Assembly: GCA_051362555.1 (NCBI GenBank) | Contig: CM120640.1 | Location: 48,524,788-48,588,787, forward strand | DNA length: 64,000 nt | Direction of reading: 5' to 3' | Source of the DNA: Lingula anatina | Lineage: Eukaryota > Animalia > Brachiopoda | Shown here: positions 49,979 through 63,299 of the stretch, piece by piece | Position numbering within the stretch: position 1 is the stretch's first letter | Layout of the letters: every line of letters begins with the position of its first letter | Position numbers and translations under genes: made by a program | The notes under the pieces: generated by a model | What the model was told of the DNA's origin: nothing | Database searches by the model: none | Seen by the model: the letters and a program-made list of their open reading frames with translations, nothing else

Positions 49979-52900
49979 ATTTAATGTGCCTTCGTTTTGC
50001 AGGTCTTAATGACTAATGGAGGTGGCGTCACTTGTGCTGCCAGCGCGTCATACCTGTGTAACCAAATATACTAGGACCACAGTTGACACCTGTAGCAAAC
50101 ACCTACATGTACTTTATGCTCTTCACAAATGTTATAAAGTTTCGTAACTAAGATTTTCCCTTTAGCGAAAACTTAGTAGTAAAATAATGAATATTAAAGT
50201 TAAATTGGAGCTACTCGTTATTGGACAAAAGAGGGAAATGCATAAAGAATAGGCTGAACCATGACAGGACCACAGCTAAAATGTCTTCATATAAAAATAG
50301 GAATAAATAAAATAACTTATCACTTGCACCTAATGGCAATAAACCGAGAAAGCCTTTGTAGTGCGTGACGTCATACGAGATTAGAAAAACGCGAGATTTC
50401 GCCTGCCGTGGGGCGATTGATTTTACCCTAAGAAGTAAGCCATTCTCATTGCACTTAATTGACCTATCGGTTAAAAACCATCTTTATTGAGAATTAAATG
50501 TTAGTTTAATCTATCTTATGTTTCTTAAACAATATCGACTATTTTTCCTAAGTTAATTGTATTGTACCTTAGATTATTAATTAATCGAAAAAATCTTAAG
50601 TGCTCTGCCGACGGCTATCAAACCCTAATTGATGGGTCTCACTCAAAGTCCAAAATGGCGTGGTAACAACATTTATACTTGATTAGACAAAGCACATTTT
50701 GTTTACATCACAACATGCTTGTTTGCACAATTTGCATGTGTCAGTCACAGAGAGTTCAGAACATCCTGCTATTATTTAGATGAAGGTATGCATTCGCACG
50801 TCTTATCGCCAAAATCATTCGGAGCAACATCTACATGTATTGTCCTTATCACCCCCCTCCCCGGTACATACAAAATGCCCTCTGCCGTGATAACAGATAG
50901 AATTTTTTTTCAAAATAAATCCACATGCATTTCTCTGGCTATTCTGTGCACTTTTCTATACTAAAAAAAAAAAGAAAAAAAGAAAATCACCCAGCTGGCT
51001 GGTTGAGAGAACATGCAGGGCACTCCAAATGAATAGGGAAGAGAACGGAATCGCTGAGGGTGCATTCAGATTCACACATCGTACTAGCTGGATCTGTCCA
51101 ACTTTGCAGGGGATTTTCTATACAAGTTTAATGATTGCCATAGGTCTATCTCTATTGGTTTCAGATATATTTGTTGGCCATAAGTAATATTTCAAGGTGA
51201 TACCTGAATTCCCAATGAAGACAGACCCAGATCAGAACACATTCATTGATTGACGTGTCCTATGATGCGTTGGGAATTTTTCAGCTTTTGTTTGCCATTT
51301 TCCCTTGTTTGCAGCGAAAGCGGTGTACAATTATCGGATTCTGGATCTACTACTTATGTGAAAAAACTTTCTTAAACCCATTGCGTACAACATCTTACTC
51401 GAGTTAGATGCCAAGGTAAAACCAAACTGAAATTAATCATGGACTTAAAACAAACTAAAGATGTTGACGATACTGTCCTAAATGATGGATGTGTTGCTTT
51501 TTACATGTTAATGTGGGTTTGGCACATGTTACACGTCAGCATACATACGCAGTTAGGGGAGTAAACTACGGTGACCTGGTTTAAAGTTTAACTCTCTCAG
51601 CTGGTCATGCTTAATTGTCTGCCTATTAGTCTACTATTTTTTAATTACAAACGGTACATATGGAATAGATGTTCATACCTGAGGTGGTCTGATAAGTAAA
51701 AGTTCGCCAAGCACTTCTTTTTCTACATGTACAGCCATCCATACAAATTACACTTAGAGAGAAAATGATATTGGCATTGTAATATACTATAAAACGCTAC
51801 CTTTTAACCATTCAGTACATTTAAACATATTCTCCATCAAACAATCTTTTTCAAGGCGAGCACTAGTATTTAGATAATGTCACACTTAATCAATTTGGAC
51901 CTGTTAGTCAAAAACGCAGAACTGTAACAGTTTTAGATCTGGGTGGAGGGGGAAGTTGTGACTCAGAAGGAATGTATGCTGATTGATAATGGGATGGCAT
52001 TTCTTGTTCTCGGCTCGGGTGAAACGATTAAAACTCTTGTCGGCTGCCTTGTTTATCTTCAAGAATGGCACTTAGTTGTTATTTCGTTCTTGAACGATAT
52101 GTCGTCATTTACATTTGTGTAGTTGCTTGATAGACCGATATATCGGAAATAACTCCTACGAAAGCCAATAGATAAGGCAATTAGTGCAACAAACATGTGT
52201 AAACGCTGAAATTACATGTATTGGTACAGCACTCTTTGTACAAAAGAGAGCAAGTGTTGGCAAGTGTTAATTGCCTTTTTTATCTTTTAACACTCAGAAA
52301 AATCAAGCACTTTGATGCCTGATAAACAATGACAGTCCAACTGATTTACATTTAAAAAACTCAAGGGTAATGACACACTAACAAATTATATATAAACACC
52401 TTTTGTCCCTATGCATTTTACATACCAGGAAACTATGACTTGATAAAGATCGCATGAAACATGTACCATGGAGCGATGATGTAATGAGATCGGGAACTAA
52501 TAGAACCTAGTGCGGAGATCGTCTCAGTTTGCAACATGTTCTAAAATGAAATCTACGACCTAGAGACCTGCTTGGCTGCACCGCTAGTCACAATTTGTCA
52601 CCGATACACGAGAGTAGTTTTTACAAATGGCAAGTAAATATGCCCTTAGTGGTACACGTTTCTTGTCACAGTCATTGACTGAGCCAAACTGGTGGTCGAT
52701 GGAAGAAGGGCGCCCATGATTCACGAAAACCCAGTTATATTTATACTCAGACCGTCTTCAAAGAATTTAGTTGTAGTTTTGAAGTCATAATGATGGACGC
52801 ACGCAAAAAACTGTGGTGACAATGAATCAGTTTTAGACAAAATTTGATAGTGTTTTAGTTATTATTATTATTATTTGCGCACGACAGTTCCTGCAAAAAT

Positions 52901-53939
52901 GATAACAATAATTTATGAATAAAATTTGAAAAATATCAATGACTACCACGTTTAATGAAGTGTAAAAAAAATAAGCCAACTATCTGTTCTGTAAGATTGT
53001 GGGAAGAGAAAACGGTACCACGATGTGTGAACACTTTTGATGCTTGCTCAGTCAGTTTCATGACCCTCAAAATAGTTATTCATGTATAAAGCACTGCGAA
53101 TTTATGCTGGTTTCACAAAAACGACAAATTTAACCGGATTCATTAATCACAATGCTCAGACTTAATGGAAACCTAATCTCTCTTCTATTTCTCCTCAAAA
53201 TTATTTTACTGACCATATCAAGTATGCCAAATCGGGAAATGGGGAGTTGTGCAGAATATACAAACCTGTCGTTTTAGTTTAACTGAATAAAAAAACACGA
53301 CCTACTTGGACAAAGTATAAAACAATCAAGTTAAAGTTTGCAGTTTGGTAAAAGCCAACTAGAAGGTAATTTCCATCATCGTACCGGTAAGAGCGGTCGG
53401 ATTCAGCTGGCCTAGACCATAGTGAGCTGGTTCAGCCAAGGCAGTAGGCACTCGCCAAGGTCCGTCCTGACTACCGTGTGGCTGCTTATTCATAACACTG
53501 TTCATGATTAAAACTTGAAAATTGTGTGCTTCTCAATATTTTCCAACCAGTTCTTATCATGCCTAATAAACGTATTGTGCGTCTGTTCTTTTGGGAAATT
53601 AATAATCGCACCGGAGGTAACGCGTGAACCGCTTTGAAGATCTCGAAAATAAAGCGAACCGGAACGATTACTAGGCACCCGAGCAGCTGGTGCAAAACAC
53701 AGACAAGATAAGTTTCTATATAAATCCATAACTCTTTATCAATGAAAACAATGTACATAATTGTTTGATACGCGCGGTTTCTCAAAAAAAGTTACTTGAC
53801 CGAGGGGCCGATAGATAAAAACCTCAGCCTGTTCAGAAACTTGTGGAACTCGGTCTGACGGTCAGGGGTCGATTTCAAACTCTGGATCCGGGTATCCAAT
53901 GTTTGCACTCCATGACAATGTTGATAAAAAAATTATTAC

Positions 53940-53977
53940 CTTGCGAACAATTCGGCGTGCCCTTTCCTTACAGACAT
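53940..53977 (-). CDS. Candidate Hv variable first exon (MSVRKGHAELFA)
   Basis: ACC-ATG context, AG|GTAATA phase-2 donor, TATAAAAA at 54062-54069 (minus). Confidence 0.4.
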
Positions 53978-54483
53978 GGTCTTCGGTTGGAGCACCCACG
54001 GCAAATCACACACTTTCTCAGAGACAATCGCACTGTATATGCATCGGCGATTCCTCCCTTATTTTTATACTCTAAGTGATATGCGGGTTGTTTTATGAAG
54101 TCCATTGTCACAAAAATCTTCACCGTGCTAAATTAGGCTTGAAGTCTTAAAATAAGCCCTTATGACTACTATACAGTAAGCATACTTGTCAAGTAATTAT
54201 GATTAAGATGAATGAAAATGACCAGGGTCCGTCACTCTTTAACACGGATGAAGAAACCCTATGAAACCCGTTGAAACCCTATCTCTCCCTAACCACCCCT
54301 CTCCCTTTCTCTCTTTAGCGCAAGATAGAGATTTTAATCATACAGGAGTCGAGCGCTAGCCTGAGTGATGAAAGTAATTATAAGAATTTTAATTAGGCTT
54401 ACACAGGTGCTTACTCTTTTCATATCGACATGGCAAGATTGTCTGTAGATAACTACCAAGGTCTTACCTTCCGAGATACTTAC

Positions 54484-54566
54484 GGCGACACTAACATCAA
54501 TATGCAAATGTAAAGCAATGTCGACATCATGCCAACATCCCGTGTTGTGCGAAACAGAGCTCCCAT
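54484..54566 (-). CDS. Candidate Hv variable first exon (MGALFRTTRDVGMMSTLLYICILMLVS)
   Basis: CC|GTAAGT phase-2 donor; TATAAA at 54695-54700 (minus). An upstream out-of-frame ATG at 54582 weakens the call. Confidence 0.35.
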
Positions 54567-55365
54567 CTAGAAACATCTCCATGTGTGTTTGTAGTAACAG
54601 GCCATGTAGTAGCTAATGCTGAGTCTGCTTATGAACATTAGTCAAAGAACTGCGGCGTGTGATGAGGAAACAGCGTAGAATCAGGGAAAAGCACTTTATA
54701 TTGCTTAAATGGTACAGTGAAATAAACCGAAATCTACGGAACTTATGTCATGGGCTTCTCTTTGCATACATGTGTAAGAAGATCCAAAGGACGAAGAACA
54801 TCAATATGTAGGTCTACTATATATTGTGGATTCAAGGAAAATGAAGAACAGAACTTACTACTTTTGTAACTATAAAACTATTGTTCAACATCATTTAACT
54901 TTTGAGACTGTCTATAGATAACTGTTAAAATGTGATAATCCCTCCACCACGTAAAAGTTATAACGCCATAGTTTTTACGATAGCCATTTTGTACTCAGTG
55001 CAAAGGCAAAGTCAACATACGCATACCGTATTTAGGGTGCTTTACATATTCAATTAGAATAGGGCAACATTTCAGAAGATTTACGTAAAAAGAAACAGTT
55101 TTGTCGGAATCTCACGAAGAATTTTGGTCGGATTTTCAGTATCCTGGGTTAGTTCCGAAAACGATTGAAGTCGAGAGTTTTGTGAAAAAAAATGGTTACG
55201 TTTTTAACTGAGCCCCCAGAGAAAATTTTGACTATCTTGAAAACGTCCTCTACTCTCAGTTAGCATGTCACTGCAGTTGTTTGGGGTCGATCATTCATAT
55301 TTACCAGAACAATATTGCAAAGCTAATTTTACGATCTTCGTAGTCTAAGTTTACCTCCCCCCTCT

Positions 55366-55369
<4 letters not shown>

Positions 55370-55413
<44 letters not shown>

Positions 55414-55428
55414 TGAGAGAGAGAGAGA
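55370..55428. repeat. Compound (TG)n(GA)n microsatellite
   Basis: Read directly. Confidence 0.95.
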
Positions 55429-56099
55429 AAGAAACGAGACCCTTTTTGTAACCATAACATGCATAACATGGTGATTAGGACTTGTATTGCACTTTTTCTG
55501 AGAAAATAGCGGTTAAATACTGTATTTCGACATTACAGTTTGGACTAAGGGTTTCGAATCGGACGCATACAAGAACGTAACGACAGTCACCGAGTCAAAC
55601 AGAGACATTACTACGTAGTATTTAGAGTAGTCATGGAACAAGAGCTGATGGATTGTTTTAGGCTAAAGTTGCGTAATATAATGCAGTTGATGTACATTCT
55701 GTAGCAAGCCACGCATTAAGACAAGCAAAACATGGTGATTGCGACAAAATAGGGGCTTGTAAAGTAGGAATTTCGGATTAATAATTAAAGCTTTGTTATA
55801 TTGTTCTTCAAGCAAACCCTTCTAATTATCTTTTTTTATATGTTCTAAAACCCATTATATCACTTTCGATTTAAACATACAATAGAGCCACAGATTAAAA
55901 ACTCAATTACTAAAACAAAGCTTAACCATTTGACGAAAGGAGCGTTAGGCACTTCCTACTATCTATTATATTTTCCTGGACCCAGCTGGAGCGGTACCTT
56001 CATCAGTGCTGCTCCAATTAGAATTCTATAATTTTGATTAAGTGAAAAAAAGATATTCTCTCGACTGAGAATTACGACCGTCTAGTGTCAATTACTTAC

Positions 56100-56140
56100 C
56101 GGGCAATTAGCTCCGAGCTGATAGCAGTGTTGCGACCCAT
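56100..56140 (-). CDS. Candidate Hv variable first exon (MGRNTAISSELIA)
   Basis: ATG, open frame, CG|GTAAGT phase-2 donor. Confidence 0.4.
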
Positions 56141-57288
56141 ATGGTAACCATACACATGTTGTCTGCAACGTTTTTGTTTTCTTAAACTTATCCTTTTTAA
56201 TACAGCACTGGCCATTTCTTTATTTGATTTATCTTGTAGAAGCCGATGGATCTAGTTCAATGTAAATTTCAACAGGTTATCTCAAACTGTGCTCGATACC
56301 AACAGTTCCAGTTGTTCGACTTTCTGATAAACCATCTTTATCCTAAGAAACAATATTCAGCAATTTCCAGAATATGTGCGATCGTTATTTGAGACAGCTA
56401 TAAAAACGTCATGTAAATTTGGAGGAGAATATAAAATGTTGCCGTCCCATAATGCCGTTGAATGTGTTGATCAGTGCCATAATCAGATTGCAGGAGTGAA
56501 ATTGCCAGTTGAATTGTATCGTTTGCCCTCTAACAACCTATCAATATGTCCCAGGAACATCCACCAGGAACTTCAATATGTCAAGAGTAAATGGCGAAGA
56601 ACTTCAATCCATCTCTATACCTTGCTGATGAATGGTGTTCATTAAGATTGTCTCAAGCAACCTAAGCAATTTGGTTTATTGGTAGAATCAAGGCGATCGA
56701 CTGTCTTCAATCGAGGTAACACTGGCGTTTCTCTCACCCATGCATCCTTAGAATATGCCAACGCTGCCAACACCTATCCCTAACAGAACAATATTTTAAA
56801 AGGCATCCCTGGCCATGCTTGTGTGCAGGCAAAAACAGGCTGGAGATAAGGGTAGTGCAGGATATACAAAATGAAGGAAACCAAACCCTGGTCTATATGT
56901 GCAGTACCTACACTGTATACATTCTCGGCACATTTCGCGTTGCCCCAAATAAACATTCTGAAACAGTGTTACTGTTCTGTGTCACGCTCCCTTTTATCGG
57001 GTTTGATTTGCGTACATTTCGGTTCATACCGTTGAAGGCACACCTTAAATATACGCAAAGATGCTAGAACCCAATAGGCCTTCATTTTTCTAGCAGTTGG
57101 TAACACATACATGCAGAAAACATGGATTTAACTCGACGCGAGTTGAACTGATATACAGTAACATCAATCTTAACAATAGATACTATACCCTATGATCCAA
57201 TTCTAAGTACAAACACTTACAACTATGTAAACATTATATAAACCTGTCATCTCATCAATAAAGCCAATAAAGCAAATAGCTTTCTTAC

Positions 57289-57335
57289 CAGTACGAGTTT
57301 TTAAATACGCCACACATTGAACTTTGAAAAGCCAT
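57289..57335 (-). CDS. Candidate Hv variable first exon (MAFQSSMCGVFKNSY; frame open further upstream)
   Basis: TG|GTAAGA phase-2 donor at the end of ORF 57285-57503. Confidence 0.35.
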
Positions 57336-60300
57336 GTTGTGAAAAAAGAAAGCATCAGTACTTAAGATGACACACTGAGGTTTATCATGGATGGTACAGA
57401 AACTAAAATAAAGATTTGGTCTGAAAGACATACTTAAGTGATAGATGAATGAACCTGATGAACTGACATTAGAAATAGAAAATGCGATCAAAACCCATTT
57501 CACGTAGTATTTCGCACCAAAAATCCGCTACCTGTCTTTTAAAAGTCGTCAGTGTATTGTGCTCTTATCTAATGCTCCCACACTCGGCATTTCGCAAGTT
57601 CGTGGGGTTACAAAACACACGTTATACGCCTTGTGAGTCGCATTTCTCAACTCGTGTTTGGCAGGGATAATTTATGAGGCAATGCGATATCCGATCCTTA
57701 GATTAACCGCCACCACTAGACGGACACTTTAAACCGGTAATTTTTCGACCGCAACAAATATCGCCAATAAAAGGTGAGATTCATGTGTCAGGTAAATATA
57801 TAATTATAGACCTAAGAAAAAGTGGATGCCAATTTAGTTCTACTTGAGATTAACTGGGGCTTAAGAGGCCTTGCCATCAGAGTTTAAAATGCAAAAAGTT
57901 CTCTTCGCAAACCAACATTATCATGTACATGTTCCACAGTGTTTCGTATTCATGTATGGATTAAATGTGTGTCAGGTTTTCATTCTAATTTTTTTCTTGC
58001 TAGATACAAGAAGTGCAAAGCACATCTCTACATTACTGACTGCTCACGGCTGTTTAGATTGCTTCTAAATGCGCTCTTTAAGAAGAGGAGACATCAACTG
58101 AGTAGTAAAAATACTAAAAATTATTCACTTCCTTTAACGCAAAAACATGTTCTTATATTCAAATAAAATATATAGATATTAAATAAAATTTATTTAAAAA
58201 TTCAAATATTCTTTAAAATAAAAAATATAATTGTTAAATATTTAGTCCACCAAAAAGTTTCATTACCATTAATCCCTCATGGTAAACTTGAAAACTAACA
58301 GAGAATATGTCAATAACTCATTTCCCATACAGAAAGCTGTGTCCTTTTTATTTCGTCATTATCCTGTGAGTTATCTCCTAGTGTACGGCTAGCGTACTAA
58401 TTATCATCTCTAACAACGCCGTCTTAGATATTTCATTATTGTTTCGACATCTATTGTCTTAATTACCTTGTAAAATATTACCGACAAGTATTCTTGGCAC
58501 GATGACAAATTCACGCTTTCATTTGTGTATTCTAGATATCCGTATTGAGCGCCATCAATGTTTTATTTGTTGTCGTATATAGTACTGGAAAATTTTCAGT
58601 TCCTGTCCGTATTTGTAAGGAGACAAATTTCTTTTGGTTTAGTTAGTTTAACTAAAACGCCTAAGGCAACGTCCATTGTCGTATTCAGTAAATGCATTCA
58701 ATAAGCGGTGAGATATATCATTTACTATACATCAATAATAAGGAGCAAAACAACAAATTGTCCTATTTGTAACAATATATCTATAGTTCATTGATCGTGA
58801 ATAATTGATCTAATTCAATGACTCAGTGAAAACACACAGGAGACATCCGTTGATTAGCAAACACATTTTCTCTCTCAAAGAGACATTTGTTGAAGAGAGC
58901 AAGAAAATCTTTATTTCACTACCTGTTTTGAATATTCCTGTAAAGTGTTAAGGTCGACTGGTGCACTGTTTTAACTATAATCCAAGCATTGCAAATTGAA
59001 TATAAATGGCTTATAGCCTTCTACGTTCTAAAATTCTTCGAAAATAGGACGAAACGGAGGGGGGGGGGGGTATTTTGTATACTGTCTAAGGTGGGTAGGT
59101 GGGATGTAAGGATGCAGGCAAAACACGTGTTCTATCTTCTCACCATTCTCTTAGAAAATTGAATGCCATCGTGCTGTGAACAGGTATGACATGGATAAAA
59201 CAATGATGTAAGGGTTTATCTACGGTAAACTATTAGAGTTATAAACCCCTTCAAGGAATTCCAATTATAGCTATTATTTTAAACCCATTTCCTATACTGC
59301 TTTGTTATACAATCAATTCAACCAAATATCGTGTAACAAAATGTTCCTTAACAGAAAACTCACTATATCCTTCTTATCAAAAATCTTTAATCAATCTTAA
59401 CAATTCTAAAGTTGAAAAATGAATCGTCAGCATTTTCAAAATGAATACTGCACAGAGCGTTAGTTCAATTGGATTTGTCAATGCTGTAGCAATGATCGAG
59501 ATGCTCCATTTCTTTATAAAAATCGATATAAGATCATACTCAATTACGAGGCTCCCATTATCTGTGACTGAGCGTAAAGATGTTGCGTCATTACCATAGG
59601 CAAGAATCAATTTTAATTTTAAAACGTCACAACTGGACTTTTTAATTACCGTCAGTTGCTCTTTCTGTGGTCATCAGACATGATTTACTATATACTGACA
59701 AATAATTACTGGCAGCTGACTAAAAACAGTTTAATAACCAAGGTTACAGTCAAAGAGCACGTGATTGATTATGTTTCAATGACCATTGGTAACATGCTTG
59801 GAGCAGATTGATTGCCATGGTAACATGCTCGGGTCATATTGTTTCGGATTTTTTGATGCGTTCATATTAAAAAGGTCAAGGCAAGATGGCATCGTATTAA
59901 GTTGAAACTAGCAGAGAAACCCCTGTTCGTTAAAATTATCAATCATGAGCAGTCAAGTCCACGGTTGTCGACCCCTTATTGTATTGAACGTTTCTTGTTT
60001 AGGCACCATCTAAAATGTGCTTTTGGTGAAAGCATCATTGGAACTCGTGACAGGCGTAGCGCAGCATTTTTTTTCTGCGTCTTATTAATATCGCACGTCT
60101 TAACCAGAATATCGGATACTTCTGACTAAAAAAAAAAAAAAAGAAATCCATAGATGAGCTGCAATAACTATTGACATTTAAAAGACAATCTACTGAAAAG
60201 TTTTTCAAACATTTTTCTTCCATCAGCTCTATTGCTAGACCCATGTCTTGTAACAGTAGAGCGCATGTCTTTTCAAAGAATGGCGTAATTAATTAATGGC

Positions 60301-60595
60301 CTCATTCACTGAGCTTTCTTGTCTGCGCGGGGTGTCATTCATTATTCACATTGAAGGGAGTAGTTACATTTTATCGATGTAGACAAAGCAGGCCTTATTC
60401 GACCCTGCCTGTTTTGACCAGTTGGAGCTATTTGATCAGTGACCTGTTCAGGGAAAAGGGAACATTTACTAAGATAGAATTCGTTTGCTTACCATTGATC
60501 GTTTTTTTCAATACCATACCAGATACAGTATATTTTAACATCTTTAAGGTACTTCACCCACGGAACCCATCCAGCTATAACCACCCGTTAATCAA

Positions 60596-60803
60596 ATTTA
60601 GACCACGGTGTAAATGAAGAACAAAAGACTCGGACGTGGTGTAACTCGCATAACCGCACGTCTTGCATGAATGCGTTATAACCCGTTCATGGACCGTGGT
60701 CTAAATAAGATAGACCCCTCGTCAGCGGGGGTTATGTGACATCCACTCGTGCTACGCACTCGTGTATGCCACATAACCCTCGCTGACTCGGGGTCTATCT
60801 ATT
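60596..60803. mobile_element. Diverged relative of the double-hairpin element (copy C)
   Basis: Stem ATTTAGACCACGGT/ACCGTGGTCTAAAT encloses the shared AGAACAAAAGACTCGG core. It is followed by the hairpin AGATAGACCCC..GGTTATGTG / CACATAACC..GGGGTCTATCT with CTCG internal loops. Confidence 0.7.
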
Positions 60804-60945
60804 ACCTATCCAGTTATGTCTGTCCGTAACTTCAGCTACCCACTTATTACCCGGTACTGGCCGTAACTTCACCTACCCACCTATGACTAACCTATCTAGT
60901 TATGACTGTTCGTAACATAACCTGCCCAGCTATGACTGTCCGGTT
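60804..60945. repeat. Degenerate ~31-bp minisatellite
   Basis: ACCTA(T/C)CCA(G/C)(T/C)TATGACTGTCCGTAAC-like unit repeated ~4-5 times. Confidence 0.6.
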
Positions 60946-62632
60946 ACCTACATCTGCGTTTTCATTTCGGGTAACAAATGTTTGTTTGTTAGTTTAATAG
61001 ATGTACATACATTATAAAAGGTTCACATATTATATGTTTCCCCGTATCTTCGGAAATACCAATATCTTCAGACACTTAAAACAAGTTTCAATACAACACA
61101 GGACTCGCAACATAGCCGAAATTCACCGAAGAAAAGTGAAGATCACCCAAAAATGCAATACAACAGGCTTTAGTTTCTTTGAAGAGAGTGGTTTTATCTC
61201 CGTTTTACAAATATGTCATGTTATTCATGGAAAAATTCAATATTGTAAAATACTTTGATTGGATGCTCACTATAAGCTCTCGTATCATGCATAAACTAAT
61301 AGACACCTTGTATCTGATAAGCTTCAGCTTAATCAATAGTCCAAGTGGACAATAAATCAACCTGTCTGTCATTTTCTCCATCACATAATCTGACACATGT
61401 ATTGATTATAACGCCAAACAGGGAACGTCTTCGCTCAGGTGCTGATTCGCTCATCAGACTGACTTCATAATGGCCCGAATGAAGCTGAACTATCCTTTAT
61501 TAATATATGTAGGCAACTCTTTACATTGAGCACAGCTCTCATGATTCCTCTCTTGTACTATCATGTTTGGATATATTAACTTGTTTAAAACAAAACAAAA
61601 AATAAATAAATAAATAAATAAAAATAGAAAAGGGTTCCATTTTTCAGTGGGGAGGTGTGCTGAGATAAGAAAACAGTCGAATAAATTTCATATTATGAAC
61701 CATAGAGTTAAAGGACACATAGTCAGGGGGCAATTTGGAGTAGAGGGTAAAAGCGTTAGATGATGAAAGCTCACTACCGAAGCGACTTTTTCCATACTAT
61801 TCCATAACAGGCTATATCCTACAGAACTAAACTGTCATTTTCAATGATATGTTAGAGCGTGGGGTATTGCTCTAATACGATATCACAACCTGATCATTGT
61901 ACTGGCTTGTTTGAAAGTAAATGGAAAAGCGGCGCAGATGTACATGTAAGTACTTAACGGTCATCAATTCTGGTTATTGTCGTTATTTTGAGATTCTCTC
62001 TGAGTGGCAATGGTGTCTGCTAATGTAACAGCAGCTGTCTTTGATAAGGCCAGTCAATATTAGCTTGGCCACGGTCAACAGTTAGCGTCTGTACGTTTGA
62101 TCGTAATGATTAACAATATACATGTATATATGGTTGGAATTGAGCTGTCAGTAAACACATTTACATGGTCTTTGGAGAGGTAGGCTACAGCCTATCCGAA
62201 CCTATTGCGACCGTCGAAACCACTGCTTTTACCGGCAACAGGTGGTTGCAGATGCTCCAAAGTTGGTTAAAATGTGTGTGCAAATGTTATTAAATGCATT
62301 CTGGTCTTTAAGGATCGAGCTGTCCGTCAGTGAAAACCATGTGATGTATGTGAATACGTGGCATCGCCCTGTGCATTTGTTATTTTGGCAAACGAAAGTC
62401 AACCTTAACCCTTGGCAAACATGAACAGCTAGTAGTTTTTTTCTGTTGGCAGCCCTGTATTGATACCATTTTACTAAATTGGCACTCAATCCACATAGTT
62501 TTTTTTTTCAGATTAGAATGAAATACATACATGCAACTATACTAAGTTGTATGGGACATTTGCTTCGTAATCATTGGATTGCACCCTGGTAGAAACAAGC
62601 TTATAAACGCATTTGATTTCATCGGAACTCAC

Positions 62633-62682
62633 CTGCTTATACGACTCATGTGGTGTTTCTTGTACTTTACGCGTTTCATCAC
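62633..62682 (-). CDS. Candidate most-distal Hv coding exon (MKRVKYKKHHMSRIS)
   Basis: Acceptor GAGCAG|, ATG at 62679, strong CAG|GTGAGT donor in phase 2. Joining it to exon 38009 gives ..MSRISSLSSQFSFLRH... Confidence 0.5.
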
Positions 62683-63299
62683 CTGCTCAGAAAGTAGTGA
62701 TTTTCCTGCCATTTGTCCCACTGATTATTAACGTTGACTTTTGATGTATATTCAAACAAAAAATACAACATAACATCCACTCATTAGATTTGAACTCATA
62801 GTTTACTGTATCTTAATTCCAGACATTGGTATCCGTTCACTGGTTCTTTCAAGTTGTCTGATTCGCATCAATCTGAATATTTATACTAATCCAGTCAAAT
62901 TGCATCCATGATAGTGAAAGTGACGAAAGAGACAAATGTACACTTTTCCCAAAACCATTTCCAAAACAAAACCCTATACTACAACGTCTATGTTCACCCA
63001 GTATGTATTTCTACCACTGGCAAATAACGTATTATCTAGAGTCAACAGAATTAGCTTTAATTTCCTTTTGCACTGCAATTCTGAGTGATTTCATCTAGGA
63101 TCGAGCCTTTATGTAATACCACTCACACGACCCGTCTTCTGCTGGCTAACCGCAAAATATGTTTAAACTGTTTGCAATATAAGTCATTGCACAGCTGCGG
63201 GCTGTCAACTGGGTCTTGGTCAGGAGGAATAGCATCAGCATTCTTTCATCAAGCTCGTTCGCAGGCGTTGGTACAGCGCTCTAATATGTTGTATGTTGT

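Noticed and set aside
41290-60495. Other strong minus-strand donors (~41292, 45250, 45985, 50055, 51203, 51678, 54467, 54858, 60491)
   Set aside because: No ATG-initiated open phase-2 frame precedes them. Recorded as the negative set for the first-exon hypothesis; some could be UTR exons.
61405-61495. Hammerhead-ribozyme-like motif on the minus strand (CTGATGAG..CGAAGAC)
   Set aside because: The core GAAA is broken (GAAG), and stems I and III cannot be formed contiguously. At best a decayed relic; an Infernal search would settle it.
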